DNA from: Candidatus Woesearchaeota archaeon
Lineage (GTDB): Archaea; Nanobdellota; Nanobdellia; Pacearchaeales; GW2011-AR1
Length of the DNA: 64,000 nucleotides
Reading direction: 5' to 3'
NCBI GenBank assembly: GCA_964467035.1
Contig: CAYXNX010000002.1
Span: 10,896-74,895, forward strand
Below are positions 17,959 to 27,140 of the stretch, one piece after another. Position numbers and translations under genes: made by a program. The notes under the pieces are model-generated. The model worked only from the letters and a program-made list of their open reading frames with translations. It had not been told where the DNA came from and did no database searches. Numbering within the stretch: position 1 is the first letter of the stretch; every line of letters begins with the position of its first letter.

Positions 17959-18912
17959 ATGGGGAAGCGAATTGAGAGAATTAGAGATTGTGGAATAAAA
18001 ACAAGAAACCATATTGGAGAATATAAACAATTTCCTTTGGAAAATGCAAAAAGAGATGTTTATGCTATTGGAAAGAATTTAAAAGATAATCATGGGAAGA
18101 GGATGGCTGCTGCTATGGCTTTGAGTGGATTTACAACTCCTTTAAAAGCTTATTTGGAAACCTCTGGAAAAAGTATTATGGGTTCGATTTATGATTTTTC
18201 TCCAGAAGTTTTTCAAAAAGGATTTGATTCTATTTATTATTCAATTCCTCAATCAATGGAGTGCTTGATTGATTTTAGCACTTCTGGGGAAGAGTTGAGT
18301 AATTTTAATTCTTTTTTGGCGAGAGGAATTTCAATTGGGACAGGTTATGTTGTCGGACATACAGTTATGGAACAATTAAGGGAAAAACCTTTGCGAAAAA
18401 TGAAACTTCGAGGAAAAGGAGCTTTGAAAGAATTAGGAAAGGGAGGTTATGATTTTGGTTTGGCTCTTAGTTTGGGGGGTTTGTGGGAATATGTAAAATA
18501 TGGTTCAGTCCAGTATTTAATGGGGGATGTTGATGCATCTAAAACTACTAATTCAACTTTAGCTGTTTTGTTTCCTACTGCTGCTTTGCATGTTGCAAGA
18601 GGGTGGTTGTTAGATGTTTCTGGAGATTTAGTAGGTTATAGAGAGAGTGAAAGAACTCCTAATTGGTTAGCAGAAAAATCTCAGAATTTTAAGAAAAATA
18701 TTTTTAGGGCTTTGACTGTAGGAACAATTGGAGCTACAGCATTAGTTTATGCAGGAAATGATGCACCTTTTTTTCCTTCAGAAGAATCAGGGGTTCAAGT
18801 AGAACAGGAAATTTCTCAAGTTCGAGAAATTGATTTGGAAAGTAAAGAAGGATTGGAAAAAAGATTAGAAAGTGAATCTGAAACTAAGCAAGTTCTTGAA
18901 GACGTTTTCTGA
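17959..18912 (+). CDS. Hypothetical protein with hydrophobic segments
   Basis: First ATG in the ORF (the track start at 17896 is non-ATG). No recognisable family. Confidence 0.4.
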   Translation: MGKRIERIRDCGIKTRNHIGEYKQFPLENAKRDVYAIGKNLKDNHGKRMAAAMALSGFTTPLKAYLETSGKSIMGSIYDFSPEVFQKGFDSIYYSIPQSMECLIDFSTSGEELSNFNSFLARGISIGTGYVVGHTVMEQLREKPLRKMKLRGKGALKELGKGGYDFGLALSLGGLWEYVKYGSVQYLMGDVDASKTTNSTLAVLFPTAALHVARGWLLDVSGDLVGYRESERTPNWLAEKSQNFKKNIFRALTVGTIGATALVYAGNDAPFFPSEESGVQVEQEISQVREIDLESKEGLEKRLESESETKQVLEDVF

Positions 18913-19273
18913 TTTCTTGAAGTTGTGTTTCAACATTTTTCTTTGGTTTTTCAGTTAGTTTTGGTTTTTCTTTGTGTTTTTTTTGGATTTGTTTTCTTTT
19001 TTCTTTTATGCCTTTTGTTTCAGGAACTATTTCTATAAAATCTTTGAAAAGTTGTTTTGTTTCCTTAATATTGTTTCTTAATTTTAATTTTGTTACATAT
19101 TCTTTTTTTCTAAGTTCTTGATAAGATTTCATTATTTGAATTGTTTTGAGTAATTTTTCCTGCATTTCAAGCATATTTCTCTTAATATTGTAAGATGAGT
19201 TGTAATTTAGTTTAGAATAAATTGGTTTTTCATTTTTTTGAGAATTCTTTTTTTCAGATTTTTTTTTAGCCAT
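18884..19273 (-). CDS. Hypothetical lysine-rich coiled-coil protein
   Basis: 129 aa, separated by 1 nt from the upstream ORF on the same strand. Confidence 0.5.
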   Translation of the reverse strand: MAKKKSEKKNSQKNEKPIYSKLNYNSSYNIKRNMLEMQEKLLKTIQIMKSYQELRKKEYVTKLKLRNNIKETKQLFKDFIEIVPETKGIKEKRKQIQKKHKEKPKLTEKPKKNVETQLQEIRKRLQELA

Positions 19274-19274
19274 T

Positions 19275-20009
19275 TTATACCTGACTGAAAATGTTTTTGT
19301 CTATTTCATCCAAATTGTTTTTAATCGATTCTATTTCTTTTTCCCAATGTTCAATTTTTTCATCTTCTTTTGCCTTTGTTTCTTTTATTGTTTTTAAAAG
19401 AGATTCAATTTCTGAAATTTTTAGTTTCATTTCGTCAAAAGTTGAAATTGTTTTTTCAAATTTATCTAGTTGGATAAACAAAGGCCCTGTTCTTTTTGGT
19501 CGAGGGGGTTGGGGTGTTGATTGTGTCATAGCTCCAGACATTTCAACTGTTCGAGTAGGAGAAGTGTTTCTAGAAGTTTCTTCATAATGTAGGGGTTGTC
19601 TTTGTTCTTGAGTTAACATGTTGTTTGGCATTTGGGGAGGAGTTTGCCGAAGGGGAGGGGTTTGCTGAGGAGGTTGAGGTATTGAACTTTCTTGTTGTTC
19701 TTGTGATACAGCATCTTTTATTATATTTTGATTCATTTGATTTCCCATATTTGAGTTTGGAATTGAAGGGAGTGAGGGTTGTTCGCGAGGTTGGGGAACA
19801 ATTGCTCTTTGTGGATTATTTTCTTCTTCATATACTTCTTGTTCTTGAGTTTGCTGAGGAGGTTGAGTTTGATAATTAGGAACACTTGGAAATTTTGGAA
19901 GCTGAGGAGGGCTATCTTCCATTTGTTCTTGAGTAGTGTTTTGTTCTTGATTAGTGTTTTGCTCTTGCTGTTTGGCTTGTCTTTTATCCTCTTTTTTAAA
20001 AAATCCCAT
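19275..20009 (-). CDS. Hypothetical protein with a Q/P-rich disordered N-terminus and a C-terminal coiled coil
   Basis: NTNQEQNTTQEQ and PPQQTPP tracts, then GPLFIQLDKFEKTISTFDEMKLKISEIESLLKTIKE. Confidence 0.5.
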   Translation of the reverse strand: MGFFKKEDKRQAKQQEQNTNQEQNTTQEQMEDSPPQLPKFPSVPNYQTQPPQQTQEQEVYEEENNPQRAIVPQPREQPSLPSIPNSNMGNQMNQNIIKDAVSQEQQESSIPQPPQQTPPLRQTPPQMPNNMLTQEQRQPLHYEETSRNTSPTRTVEMSGAMTQSTPQPPRPKRTGPLFIQLDKFEKTISTFDEMKLKISEIESLLKTIKETKAKEDEKIEHWEKEIESIKNNLDEIDKNIFSQV

Positions 20010-20105
20010 ACAATTAAATTTGCAATTTTATTTTTATACCTTTGTGTTAATTTGAAAAGAGTTACACATCAAAAAATTTATAAATTTCTAATTCTTAAAA
20101 ATTTT

Positions 20106-20879
20106 ATGGGAATGCATAGGTTAAATTCTTCTTTGACTGGAAGGGGTTCAAAAAGGTTTGTAACACCAACTGAATTTCCAAGTTTTATTCAAGGAAATAT
20201 TAAGACAGAATTAGAAAAGGTTTATCAAGAAATTGTTTCAAAGTATTCTGGGAATAATAATTTGGAAGAATTTGGTTTTGGAGAAGATGTTGCAATAGGT
20301 TCTTCTTTTTTGATTAATGCGGCGATTTATCCGGTTTTAAGAAAAAGAAAACTTAGGCCTGTTTTTTCAAGAGATGACCAAGATGGCGAGGTTTCACGAT
20401 TAATTTTGGGAAAATATTACACTGATTTTAATGATTTGATTGTCCACTCTCCTAATCCTGTTTGTAGAAAGAATAGGAATGTTTTAAGAAAATTAATTGA
20501 AACAACAGAAGATAAAGAAGGAACTGTTAAGTTTCCTTTTAAAGTTGAAGGGGTTGCTTTAGATGTTTTTCCAGAAGATTTTGAGGAAGGGTATGGAGTT
20601 AGGTTTGTTCCTACAGAAGATTGGAGATATGTTTCTGATAAAAGATTAAATTTTAAATCAGGAACTAAATTTAAAAATATTGATGATTTGGGAATTCCTG
20701 ATTTTGCAAAGGATGGATTGAGGACTTGGCGTTCTACAAGAGAGGGGTTGTCTGGTTTGTTTACTGGAGGTGGTTTGGGTTTGTTCTCGTATGGGGGTTT
20801 TTCTGGTTCTAGTAGCGAGGGAAGAGTGGTTTTAACTGAAACTGAGAATGTTTCTCTGAAAAATTACATGAGCGAATAA
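20106..20879 (+). CDS. Hypothetical protein
   Basis: First ATG lying beyond the overlap with the opposite-strand gene. The ORF-track start at 19779 would overlap 19275-20009. Confidence 0.45.
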   Translation: MGMHRLNSSLTGRGSKRFVTPTEFPSFIQGNIKTELEKVYQEIVSKYSGNNNLEEFGFGEDVAIGSSFLINAAIYPVLRKRKLRPVFSRDDQDGEVSRLILGKYYTDFNDLIVHSPNPVCRKNRNVLRKLIETTEDKEGTVKFPFKVEGVALDVFPEDFEEGYGVRFVPTEDWRYVSDKRLNFKSGTKFKNIDDLGIPDFAKDGLRTWRSTREGLSGLFTGGGLGLFSYGGFSGSSSEGRVVLTETENVSLKNYMSE

Positions 20880-20908
20880 TTTTTAAATCATTGTTTCTTG
20901 GTTTTGTA

Positions 20909-21712
20909 ATGCCTCCAAAACCAAAAAAACTTTCTGCTAAAGATAAACGGCTTGAACTTGTTAAACAAGTATCAGTTGTATCTGGAAGAAACACTACTCC
21001 TGTGATTGAAATTCTTTTTGAAAAAGAAAATGTTAATGAGTTTTTAATTTCCAAAAAATTGGGTTTAACAATTAATCAAATTAGAAATGTTTTGTATAAA
21101 TTAAGTGATTATGGGTTGGTTTCGTTTATAAGGAAGAAAGATAAGAAAAAAGGATGGTATACTTATTTTTGGACATTTGATTCTGAAAAGGCTTTTGTTT
21201 TGTTAAAAAAACTTATTGAAAAAGAGATTCAACAATTGGAAAATGATTTGCAAAGTAGAAAAACAAAACAATTTTATAAAAGTCCTGATGCAGATATTGA
21301 ATATAACGAAGAAAAAGCATTGGAATATAATTTTATTTGTCCTGAAACAGGAGAGGTGATGGAATTAAAAGATACTTCTAAAGAAATTAAAGATTTGAGT
21401 TCAAAAATTACTAGATTAAAAAATCAAATTGAAAATATTGATTATGAAATTTCAGTTATAAGGAAGAAGAATGAGAAAAAATCTGAAAAAAGGAGAGCAT
21501 CTGAAAAAAAAGAAAAAGCAAAAAAAACAGCTGAAAAAAGAGCTAAAACTAAGGCTGATAAACTAGCGGCTGGAGAAACTACTAAAAAAGCAACGAAGAA
21601 AACAGCAAAGAAAAAAACAACGAAGAAAACAACGAAGAAAACAGCAAAGAAAACAACGAAGAAAACAGCAAAGAAAAAAACAGCAAAAAGATCTTCTGAG
21701 AAAAAGAAATAA
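20909..21712 (+). CDS. tfe: Transcription factor E (TFE-alpha, TFIIE-alpha homologue) with a lysine-rich C-terminal repeat tail
   Basis: The wH region (LISKKLGLTINQIRNVLYKLSDYGLVSFIRKKDKKKGWYTYFWTFD) is collinear with archaeal TFE. The Zn-ribbon position reads FYKSPDAD...NFICPETGE. The tail is KKTAKKKTTKKTTKKTAKK. Confidence 0.7.
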   Translation: MPPKPKKLSAKDKRLELVKQVSVVSGRNTTPVIEILFEKENVNEFLISKKLGLTINQIRNVLYKLSDYGLVSFIRKKDKKKGWYTYFWTFDSEKAFVLLKKLIEKEIQQLENDLQSRKTKQFYKSPDADIEYNEEKALEYNFICPETGEVMELKDTSKEIKDLSSKITRLKNQIENIDYEISVIRKKNEKKSEKRRASEKKEKAKKTAEKRAKTKADKLAAGETTKKATKKTAKKKTTKKTTKKTAKKTTKKTAKKKTAKRSSEKKK

Positions 21713-21760
21713 TTTAATGATAAAAAGTTTTTTAATTAAAGTTTATTTAAGATTTATAAA

Positions 21761-22486
21761 ATGGTAAAAGGAATTAGATTTTATACAAAAAGAAATTTGA
21801 AAAAAAATTCAGTGCAAGAATTTTTTGGAAAGCTTTCAGTTACAAATTGGATTATTTTAATAAATGTTGTTGTTTTTGTAATTGCAAATATTTTGTTTTT
21901 GATTAATCAAGATTATATTAAGTTTTTTGCACTTAAGCCAAATTATGTTTTGCAAGGTAAGTTTTTATGGACCTTTATTACAAGTATGTTTTCTCATATA
22001 ATGTTGTTTCATCTTTTTGCAAATATGATTACTTTGATGTTTATTGGGGGTTTTGTTGAAAAATTGATTGGGAGTAAAAGGTATTTGAGATTTTATTTGT
22101 TTGCAGGAATTGTTGCATCTTTGTTGTTTGTTTTTTCAGCTTATTTTTTTGGAAGCACTAATACTGAATCATTGGGTTTTGGAATTTTTGGAAGTCCTGA
22201 AATTTTTGCATTGGGTGCTAGTGGGGCAATTTTTGGTTTAGCAGGTATTATTACTATGTTGATTCCAAAGTTAAGGGTTTTGGTATTTTTTATAATTCCT
22301 ATGAGAATGTGGGCTGCAATGGTTTTCTTTTTGGTTGTGTTTTGGGCTTTGTCTGCTTTTTATGGTTTGCCTATTGGAAACTCTGCGCATTTTGGAGGGT
22401 TTATTTGTGGTTTGGTTTATGGAGGATATTTGAGGAAAAAATATAGAAGAAAAGTTGCAAGATTAAATCAAATGGTAGGGGTATGA
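21761..22486 (+). CDS. Rhomboid family intramembrane serine protease
   Basis: GASGAIFGL (GxSG) and NSAHFGGF (catalytic His) in a multi-TM protein. Confidence 0.85.
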   Translation: MVKGIRFYTKRNLKKNSVQEFFGKLSVTNWIILINVVVFVIANILFLINQDYIKFFALKPNYVLQGKFLWTFITSMFSHIMLFHLFANMITLMFIGGFVEKLIGSKRYLRFYLFAGIVASLLFVFSAYFFGSTNTESLGFGIFGSPEIFALGASGAIFGLAGIITMLIPKLRVLVFFIIPMRMWAAMVFFLVVFWALSAFYGLPIGNSAHFGGFICGLVYGGYLRKKYRRKVARLNQMVGV

Positions 22487-23079
22487 AAGATAAATTAAAA
22501 ATTAAAAATTTGAAAAAAGAGTATAAAGAAGTTTGGAATTATTTGAAAAGTTCAAAATATTATCTTTTATTTACTGTTTGTTTATTTTTTGTTGTAGCAA
22601 TGTTGGTTTTTTTTGGCGTGCAAAGTCAAGAAGTAAATCAAAATGTTGAAAAACAACTTGAGCAAATTATTGAAAGATTTAAGGGGCTTGGAACTTTTGA
22701 GACAATTTTCTTGATTTTTTTTAATAATGTGCTGGCCTCTTTTTTAGGAATTGTCTTAGGAATTTTTTTTGGAATTATAACTTTGGGTTTTGTTATATCT
22801 AATGCTTATGTTATTGGTTATGTTGCAGAAAAAAGTGTTGATAGTGCAGGGCTTTCTATTTTGTGGAGTTTAGTTCCTCACGGAATTTTTGAATTACCTG
22901 CAGTGTTTATTTCTTTTGCATTGGGTATTAAATTAGGGATGTTTGTTTTTACTAAAAATCCTTGGGAGGAATTGAGGAAGGGATTTAATAGTTCTATGAA
23001 GGTTTTTGCTTATATTGTTTTTCCTTTGTTAGTTGTGGCTGCAATTATTGAAGGTATTTTGATTGGAATTATTTCTTGA
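22483..23079 (+). CDS. SpoIIM-like (DUF95) membrane protein
   Basis: PHGIFELPAVFISFALG motif, multiple TM helices, and a start that overlaps the rhomboid stop. Confidence 0.65.
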   Translation: MKDKLKIKNLKKEYKEVWNYLKSSKYYLLFTVCLFFVVAMLVFFGVQSQEVNQNVEKQLEQIIERFKGLGTFETIFLIFFNNVLASFLGIVLGIFFGIITLGFVISNAYVIGYVAEKSVDSAGLSILWSLVPHGIFELPAVFISFALGIKLGMFVFTKNPWEELRKGFNSSMKVFAYIVFPLLVVAAIIEGILIGIIS

Positions 23080-23093
23080 TTTTTTTAGAAATA

Positions 23094-23103
23094 TTTATAA
23101 ATA
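23094..23103 (+). promoter_or_regulatory. Candidate TATA box (TTTATAAATA) of surface-protein paralog A
   Basis: Lies ~35 nt upstream of ATG 23134. The identical sequence sits at the same distance from paralog B. Confidence 0.35.
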
Positions 23104-23133
23104 CTTTTTTATTTGATGGTTTATAAAATTAAA

Positions 23134-25482
23134 ATGAAAAAAAGAAGTGAACTTACAAAGGCTCAAAAGGGAATTTTGGGAGCTATTGTTCTTGTTATTG
23201 TATTGGGATTGGTTGGGGTTTTTTTGTTTAATGTTTTGATTGAAAAACCATTGCTTAGTTCTTCCAGTCCTTATTATATTTATCAAGGAGGAGGTAAGGA
23301 AATTACTTTGGATAGGGAGGATAACGTATCTACTCTTTTTATTAGAGATGAAGGAGATAATAGCGTATATAAGTATAATTTTGGGTATTGGGAGGACGAG
23401 AGGTTTACTATTACTAATGCATATCAAAATGACTCTGAACAGTATTATACGGAAAGGGATAATCGTAATGTAACTGCTTTGGTTTTGAATGAGTCTAAGG
23501 AGGGTGATGTTATTTATCCTCATCAAGAAGGACCTATTAGGGTGATAATCAGGGAAAAAAATGACAACAATATGACTATTAGGGTGGTTGATTTTTCAAG
23601 TGATGAAGAAATTGAGGTAAATGGGGGGGATTATTATTCTTCAAATTCTCTTGTTTTTATTAGTGGTATTAACCCTAGCAATATTGGTGATGAGGGGTTT
23701 TTGAAATATCCAATGACCTATACTAGGAAAGTAACTATTGATGGGGGGGAGTATAATATAAATTATAAAAGTAAAGATTTTTCTGATTTCGGCTATAATT
23801 TGTGGATTTCTAATGTTAATCAAGATTTTGAGGAACAACATTATGAATATTCGGATATTGGTAATAAAACTTATGCGCGTTTTAATATTTCTGAAGGAGA
23901 TGTTATTCATCCTGTTGAGGAAGGGTTGATTAGTTTAGAAGTTAGGGATAAAACAAAGGATTATGTTACTTTAAAGATTGTGGGGGTTGAAGGAAATGTG
24001 AATATTGATGAGAGGGATCCTTATGAGTTTATTGTAGAAGATAGAGGGAATAGGAATTTTATAAAAAATGGTGAGGAATATGGGATTGATTATAACTCTA
24101 ATGGTGGAGATAATGTTTTTGTGGATTTTTCAAATGGGACAAGAATGGGGGAATTTAATTTGGAGGAGGGAGATTCAGAATATTTGAGTGAGGGGAATTT
24201 TTTTCTTGAGATTATTAATAAAACTAATGATTATTTGATTGTGGGGGTAAAGGATAGGGATAGTGAGTGTGATAAAAATCAGGATTGTGATTTTCCTTAT
24301 GAAAAGTGTGTGGATAATGAATGTATTGATAGAGCTTCTTTTAAGGTTCTTGATGTGGATTATGATGATGTGGAAGTAGCATATAGTTTTCCATCTTCTT
24401 TGGGAGGTAGGATAAATGTATGGGCAAATGATGTTGTATATATTTATAATCCTAATGCTGAGGATGAAAAATGGTTTGAGAATGAGATTGGAGATTTGGG
24501 GGGAAATTTGACAGATGATTTTGAAATAGATGCTGGTTATTGGTCTCCTGTTTCAAGAGATGAAGAGTGTGGGGAGGGGGGTTGTATTTATGTTTGGGAT
24601 GGTAAAGAGGTTTATAGGGCTATTCCTGGAAAGGATGGAGGTAAATTTTATAATTATACAGATTCAAAAACCAGTGTTTTGGGAATTGAAGAAGATTTTG
24701 AGCCAGAATTTGGTTATTATGATTCTATAGAAGATAAGGTTGTTCTTGTAAGTGGAGATGAAGTATATCTTTTGAATAGCACTCATAATATAAGTATGGG
24801 ACTTGATGAATTGAGCTGTTTTGATTTTGATTATTTTAATACTACCTTGGGAGATTATGACCCAAATATTAGTGAAAATTATAATGGTTCTATTTGGGGA
24901 GGAGATGATTTTTATAATGATTATGAAGGGTGTGATGGTTTTTGTCCTGAAGGAATTTTTGGAAGTCCTAATGAGTGTGTTTTTGATTATACTGGCGGGG
25001 GAGGAGGGGAATGTGGAGATGGGATAATAGATGAAGATGAAGAATGTGATGGGGATAATTTGAATGATACAAGTTGTTTTGAATTAGGTTATGATGAAGG
25101 AAATCTTTCTTGTAATGATGATTGCACTTTTAATAGAAGTGACTGCGAATTTATTGGAGGTGAAGGAGAAGGTGAAGGAGAGGGAGAAGGAGAGGGTGAG
25201 GGAGAAGGTGAAGGAGAGGGAGAAGAAGAACAATCTTATTGGTGGATTCTTTATGTTGTTTTTGGTATTTTAATTATAGCTATAATTGCAGTAATTGTTT
25301 TTATAATCTTTTTTAGTAAAGGTGGGCAAGATGAAAATTCTGATAAAGATTCAGAATATCTTGTTAGTTCTTCTAATAAGTCAGGTAATTCTGGTGTTCA
25401 ATCTTCTAATTCTCAAAGAAAATCTTTATCGCAGAGTTCTTCTCAATCTCGAAATATTTCTGCAAAAAAAAGCACCAAATAA
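23134..25482 (+). CDS. Large surface/secreted protein, paralog A: N-terminal signal anchor, Cys-rich modules, GE-repeat stalk, C-terminal TM anchor, Ser-rich tail
   Basis: MKKRSELTKAQKGILGAIVLVIVLGLVGVFLF; CGDGIIDEDEECDGDNLNDTSC; (GE)n; EQSYWWILYVVFGILIIAIIAVIVFIIFF. Confidence 0.7.
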   Translation: MKKRSELTKAQKGILGAIVLVIVLGLVGVFLFNVLIEKPLLSSSSPYYIYQGGGKEITLDREDNVSTLFIRDEGDNSVYKYNFGYWEDERFTITNAYQNDSEQYYTERDNRNVTALVLNESKEGDVIYPHQEGPIRVIIREKNDNNMTIRVVDFSSDEEIEVNGGDYYSSNSLVFISGINPSNIGDEGFLKYPMTYTRKVTIDGGEYNINYKSKDFSDFGYNLWISNVNQDFEEQHYEYSDIGNKTYARFNISEGDVIHPVEEGLISLEVRDKTKDYVTLKIVGVEGNVNIDERDPYEFIVEDRGNRNFIKNGEEYGIDYNSNGGDNVFVDFSNGTRMGEFNLEEGDSEYLSEGNFFLEIINKTNDYLIVGVKDRDSECDKNQDCDFPYEKCVDNECIDRASFKVLDVDYDDVEVAYSFPSSLGGRINVWANDVVYIYNPNAEDEKWFENEIGDLGGNLTDDFEIDAGYWSPVSRDEECGEGGCIYVWDGKEVYRAIPGKDGGKFYNYTDSKTSVLGIEEDFEPEFGYYDSIEDKVVLVSGDEVYLLNSTHNISMGLDELSCFDFDYFNTTLGDYDPNISENYNGSIWGGDDFYNDYEGCDGFCPEGIFGSPNECVFDYTGGGGGECGDGIIDEDEECDGDNLNDTSCFELGYDEGNLSCNDDCTFNRSDCEFIGGEGEGEGEGEGEGEGEGEGEGEEEQSYWWILYVVFGILIIAIIAVIVFIIFFSKGGQDENSDKDSEYLVSSSNKSGNSGVQSSNSQRKSLSQSSSQSRNISAKKSTK

Positions 25483-25503
25483 GAATCAAGGAAAAAAATA
25501 AAA

Positions 25504-25689
25504 TTATTCTTTTAGGTTACTAATTCCAAGCAAAAGGAAAAGCAACCCAACCATTATAACAAACCAGATTATTCCTCCTTTTAGGAATTCTAGTGCTGCT
25601 GTTCCAAATCCCCATTGGTTTATTGCCCAAACATAAATTGGGGCTACCAAGAGGATTAATCCTATCAAAATTTCTAGCCACTTGTTCAT
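25504..25689 (-). CDS. Small two-TM membrane protein, hypothetical
   Basis: 61 aa with two clear hydrophobic helices. Confidence 0.4.
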   Translation of the reverse strand: MNKWLEILIGLILLVAPIYVWAINQWGFGTAALEFLKGGIIWFVIMVGLLFLLLGISNLKE

Positions 25690-25791
25690 ATTTTTTTAAT
25701 GTGTTTGGTGTTTAAAAAGTTATTTGTTTTTAATTTCAATGTTTTTTGAAGTTTTCAAATTATTTATAAACTAGAATTTTTATTATTTGGT

Positions 25792-26358
25792 ATGGGTGAA
25801 AAATATTTGGTTTTTAATTTGAATGAAGATAAAACAAATTTGTTAGCTGATGTTATTAGTAATAAAACTAGTAAAAAGATTTTGAATTATCTTGCTGAAC
25901 AAGAAGCATGTGAAACAGAAATTGCAAGGGATTTGAATGTTCCAGCAAATACTGTTAATTATAATATTAAAAAACTTTTAGAAGCGGGTTTGATTGAGAA
26001 AACTAAGAACTTTTTTTGGAGTGTTAAGGGGAAGAAAATTGTTAAGTATAAAATTGCAAATAAAAGGATTTTAATTTTGCCAAAGAGTTCTAAGGTTTTG
26101 GGAATTTTGTCTGCTTTTTTAGCTACAGGGATTGTTGCTTTTTTGATTAAAATTTTTATTCCTGTAAAATCTAGGGCTGAAGAAAATTTTCATATGTTAA
26201 AAGAGAATTCTGTGGAATATGGGGGTTCTGGAGTTTCAGAAGTAGCAAGTAAGGCTTCGGAATTGATTGTGAATACTCCTGGAACTTGGGTGTGGTTTTT
26301 ACTGGGGGGAACTTTTGCTTTATTGATTTTTATGATATTAAATTGGAGGAAGCTATAA
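25792..26358 (+). CDS. ArsR-type HTH protein with C-terminal TM segments
   Basis: KKILNYLAEQEACETEIARDLNVPANTVNYNIKKLLEAGLIE, followed by hydrophobic helices. Confidence 0.65.
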   Translation: MGEKYLVFNLNEDKTNLLADVISNKTSKKILNYLAEQEACETEIARDLNVPANTVNYNIKKLLEAGLIEKTKNFFWSVKGKKIVKYKIANKRILILPKSSKVLGILSAFLATGIVAFLIKIFIPVKSRAEENFHMLKENSVEYGGSGVSEVASKASELIVNTPGTWVWFLLGGTFALLIFMILNWRKL

Positions 26359-27068
26359 TGGAAAAAACTTGGGTTTTTGTTATTTTGCTTGTGGCATTTC
26401 TTTCAATAGGAGCTTATTTAATTGTGAATAATCCTATTGAAAAACAAATAATCAATGTTAATGGAAATGCTGAAGTAAAATCTATGCCTGATTTTGTAAG
26501 TGTTTATGTTTCAATTGAAACTCTTGAAGATAGTGCTGAAGACTCTAAAAATCAGAATGCTGAAATTTCAGAAGATGTAATGCAAGTTTTGAGAGAATTA
26601 AACTTTAAAGAAGACGAAATTGAGACAATTGAATGGAGAGTTTATGAAGAGTATGATTGGAGTGAGAACAGGAGAGAATCTAAAGGATTTAAAACTTCCC
26701 ATATTTTGAAAGTTGAAGTTGAAGAATATGATTTTGTTGGTAGTGTTGTGGATAGGGTTGTTGATGCTGGAGCTGTTATTAGTTCTTTGAATTTTGAGAT
26801 TTCTGAAGAGACAGAGAGTGAATTGAAAAATCAAGCTATTGAAAAAGCGACAATAGATGCTGAAGAGAAAGCACAGGCTGTTGCATCTGGAACAGGTCAG
26901 AAATTAGGTAAACTTGTAAGCATTAATGTTGATGATTATTACTATCATCCTTATGCTTTATATGATTCCAGTAGTTCTGTCAAATCAGTTCAAGAAACTA
27001 CTACACAAATTTCTCCTAGAGAATTAACTGTTAATGCAAGGGTTAGAGCTGTTTACAATATCAGATAG
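26358..27068 (+). CDS. SIMPL / DUF541 domain secreted protein
   Basis: The ATG overlaps the previous stop (TAATG). A signal anchor is followed by VSVYVSIETLEDSAEDSKNQNAEI...AIEKATIDAEEKAQAVA, typical of SIMPL. Confidence 0.7.
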   Translation: MEKTWVFVILLVAFLSIGAYLIVNNPIEKQIINVNGNAEVKSMPDFVSVYVSIETLEDSAEDSKNQNAEISEDVMQVLRELNFKEDEIETIEWRVYEEYDWSENRRESKGFKTSHILKVEVEEYDFVGSVVDRVVDAGAVISSLNFEISEETESELKNQAIEKATIDAEEKAQAVASGTGQKLGKLVSINVDDYYYHPYALYDSSSSVKSVQETTTQISPRELTVNARVRAVYNIR

Positions 27069-27100
27069 TTTTTTATTTTTTATTTTCTTTTTTGGAAATA

Positions 27101-27110
27101 TTTATAAATA
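27101..27110 (+). promoter_or_regulatory. Candidate TATA box (TTTATAAATA) of surface-protein paralog B
   Basis: Same sequence and spacing as 23094-23103, inside the conserved 169-bp block 27095-27263. Confidence 0.35.
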
Positions 27111-27140
27111 CTTTTTTATTTAATAGTTTATAAAATTAAA

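Noticed and set aside
19779-20105. N-terminal 109-aa extension of ORF 19779-20879
   Set aside because: It overlaps the better-supported opposite-strand gene 19275-20009 and reads as hydrophobic low-complexity antisense translation. The first ATG beyond the overlap (20106) was used instead.
25153-25227. GGWGAR microsatellite (also at about 28925-28980) as non-coding simple repeat
   Set aside because: The repeat is in frame within long ORFs and encodes (Gly-Glu)n between a Cys-rich module and a TM anchor in both paralogs. It is therefore a coding stalk.
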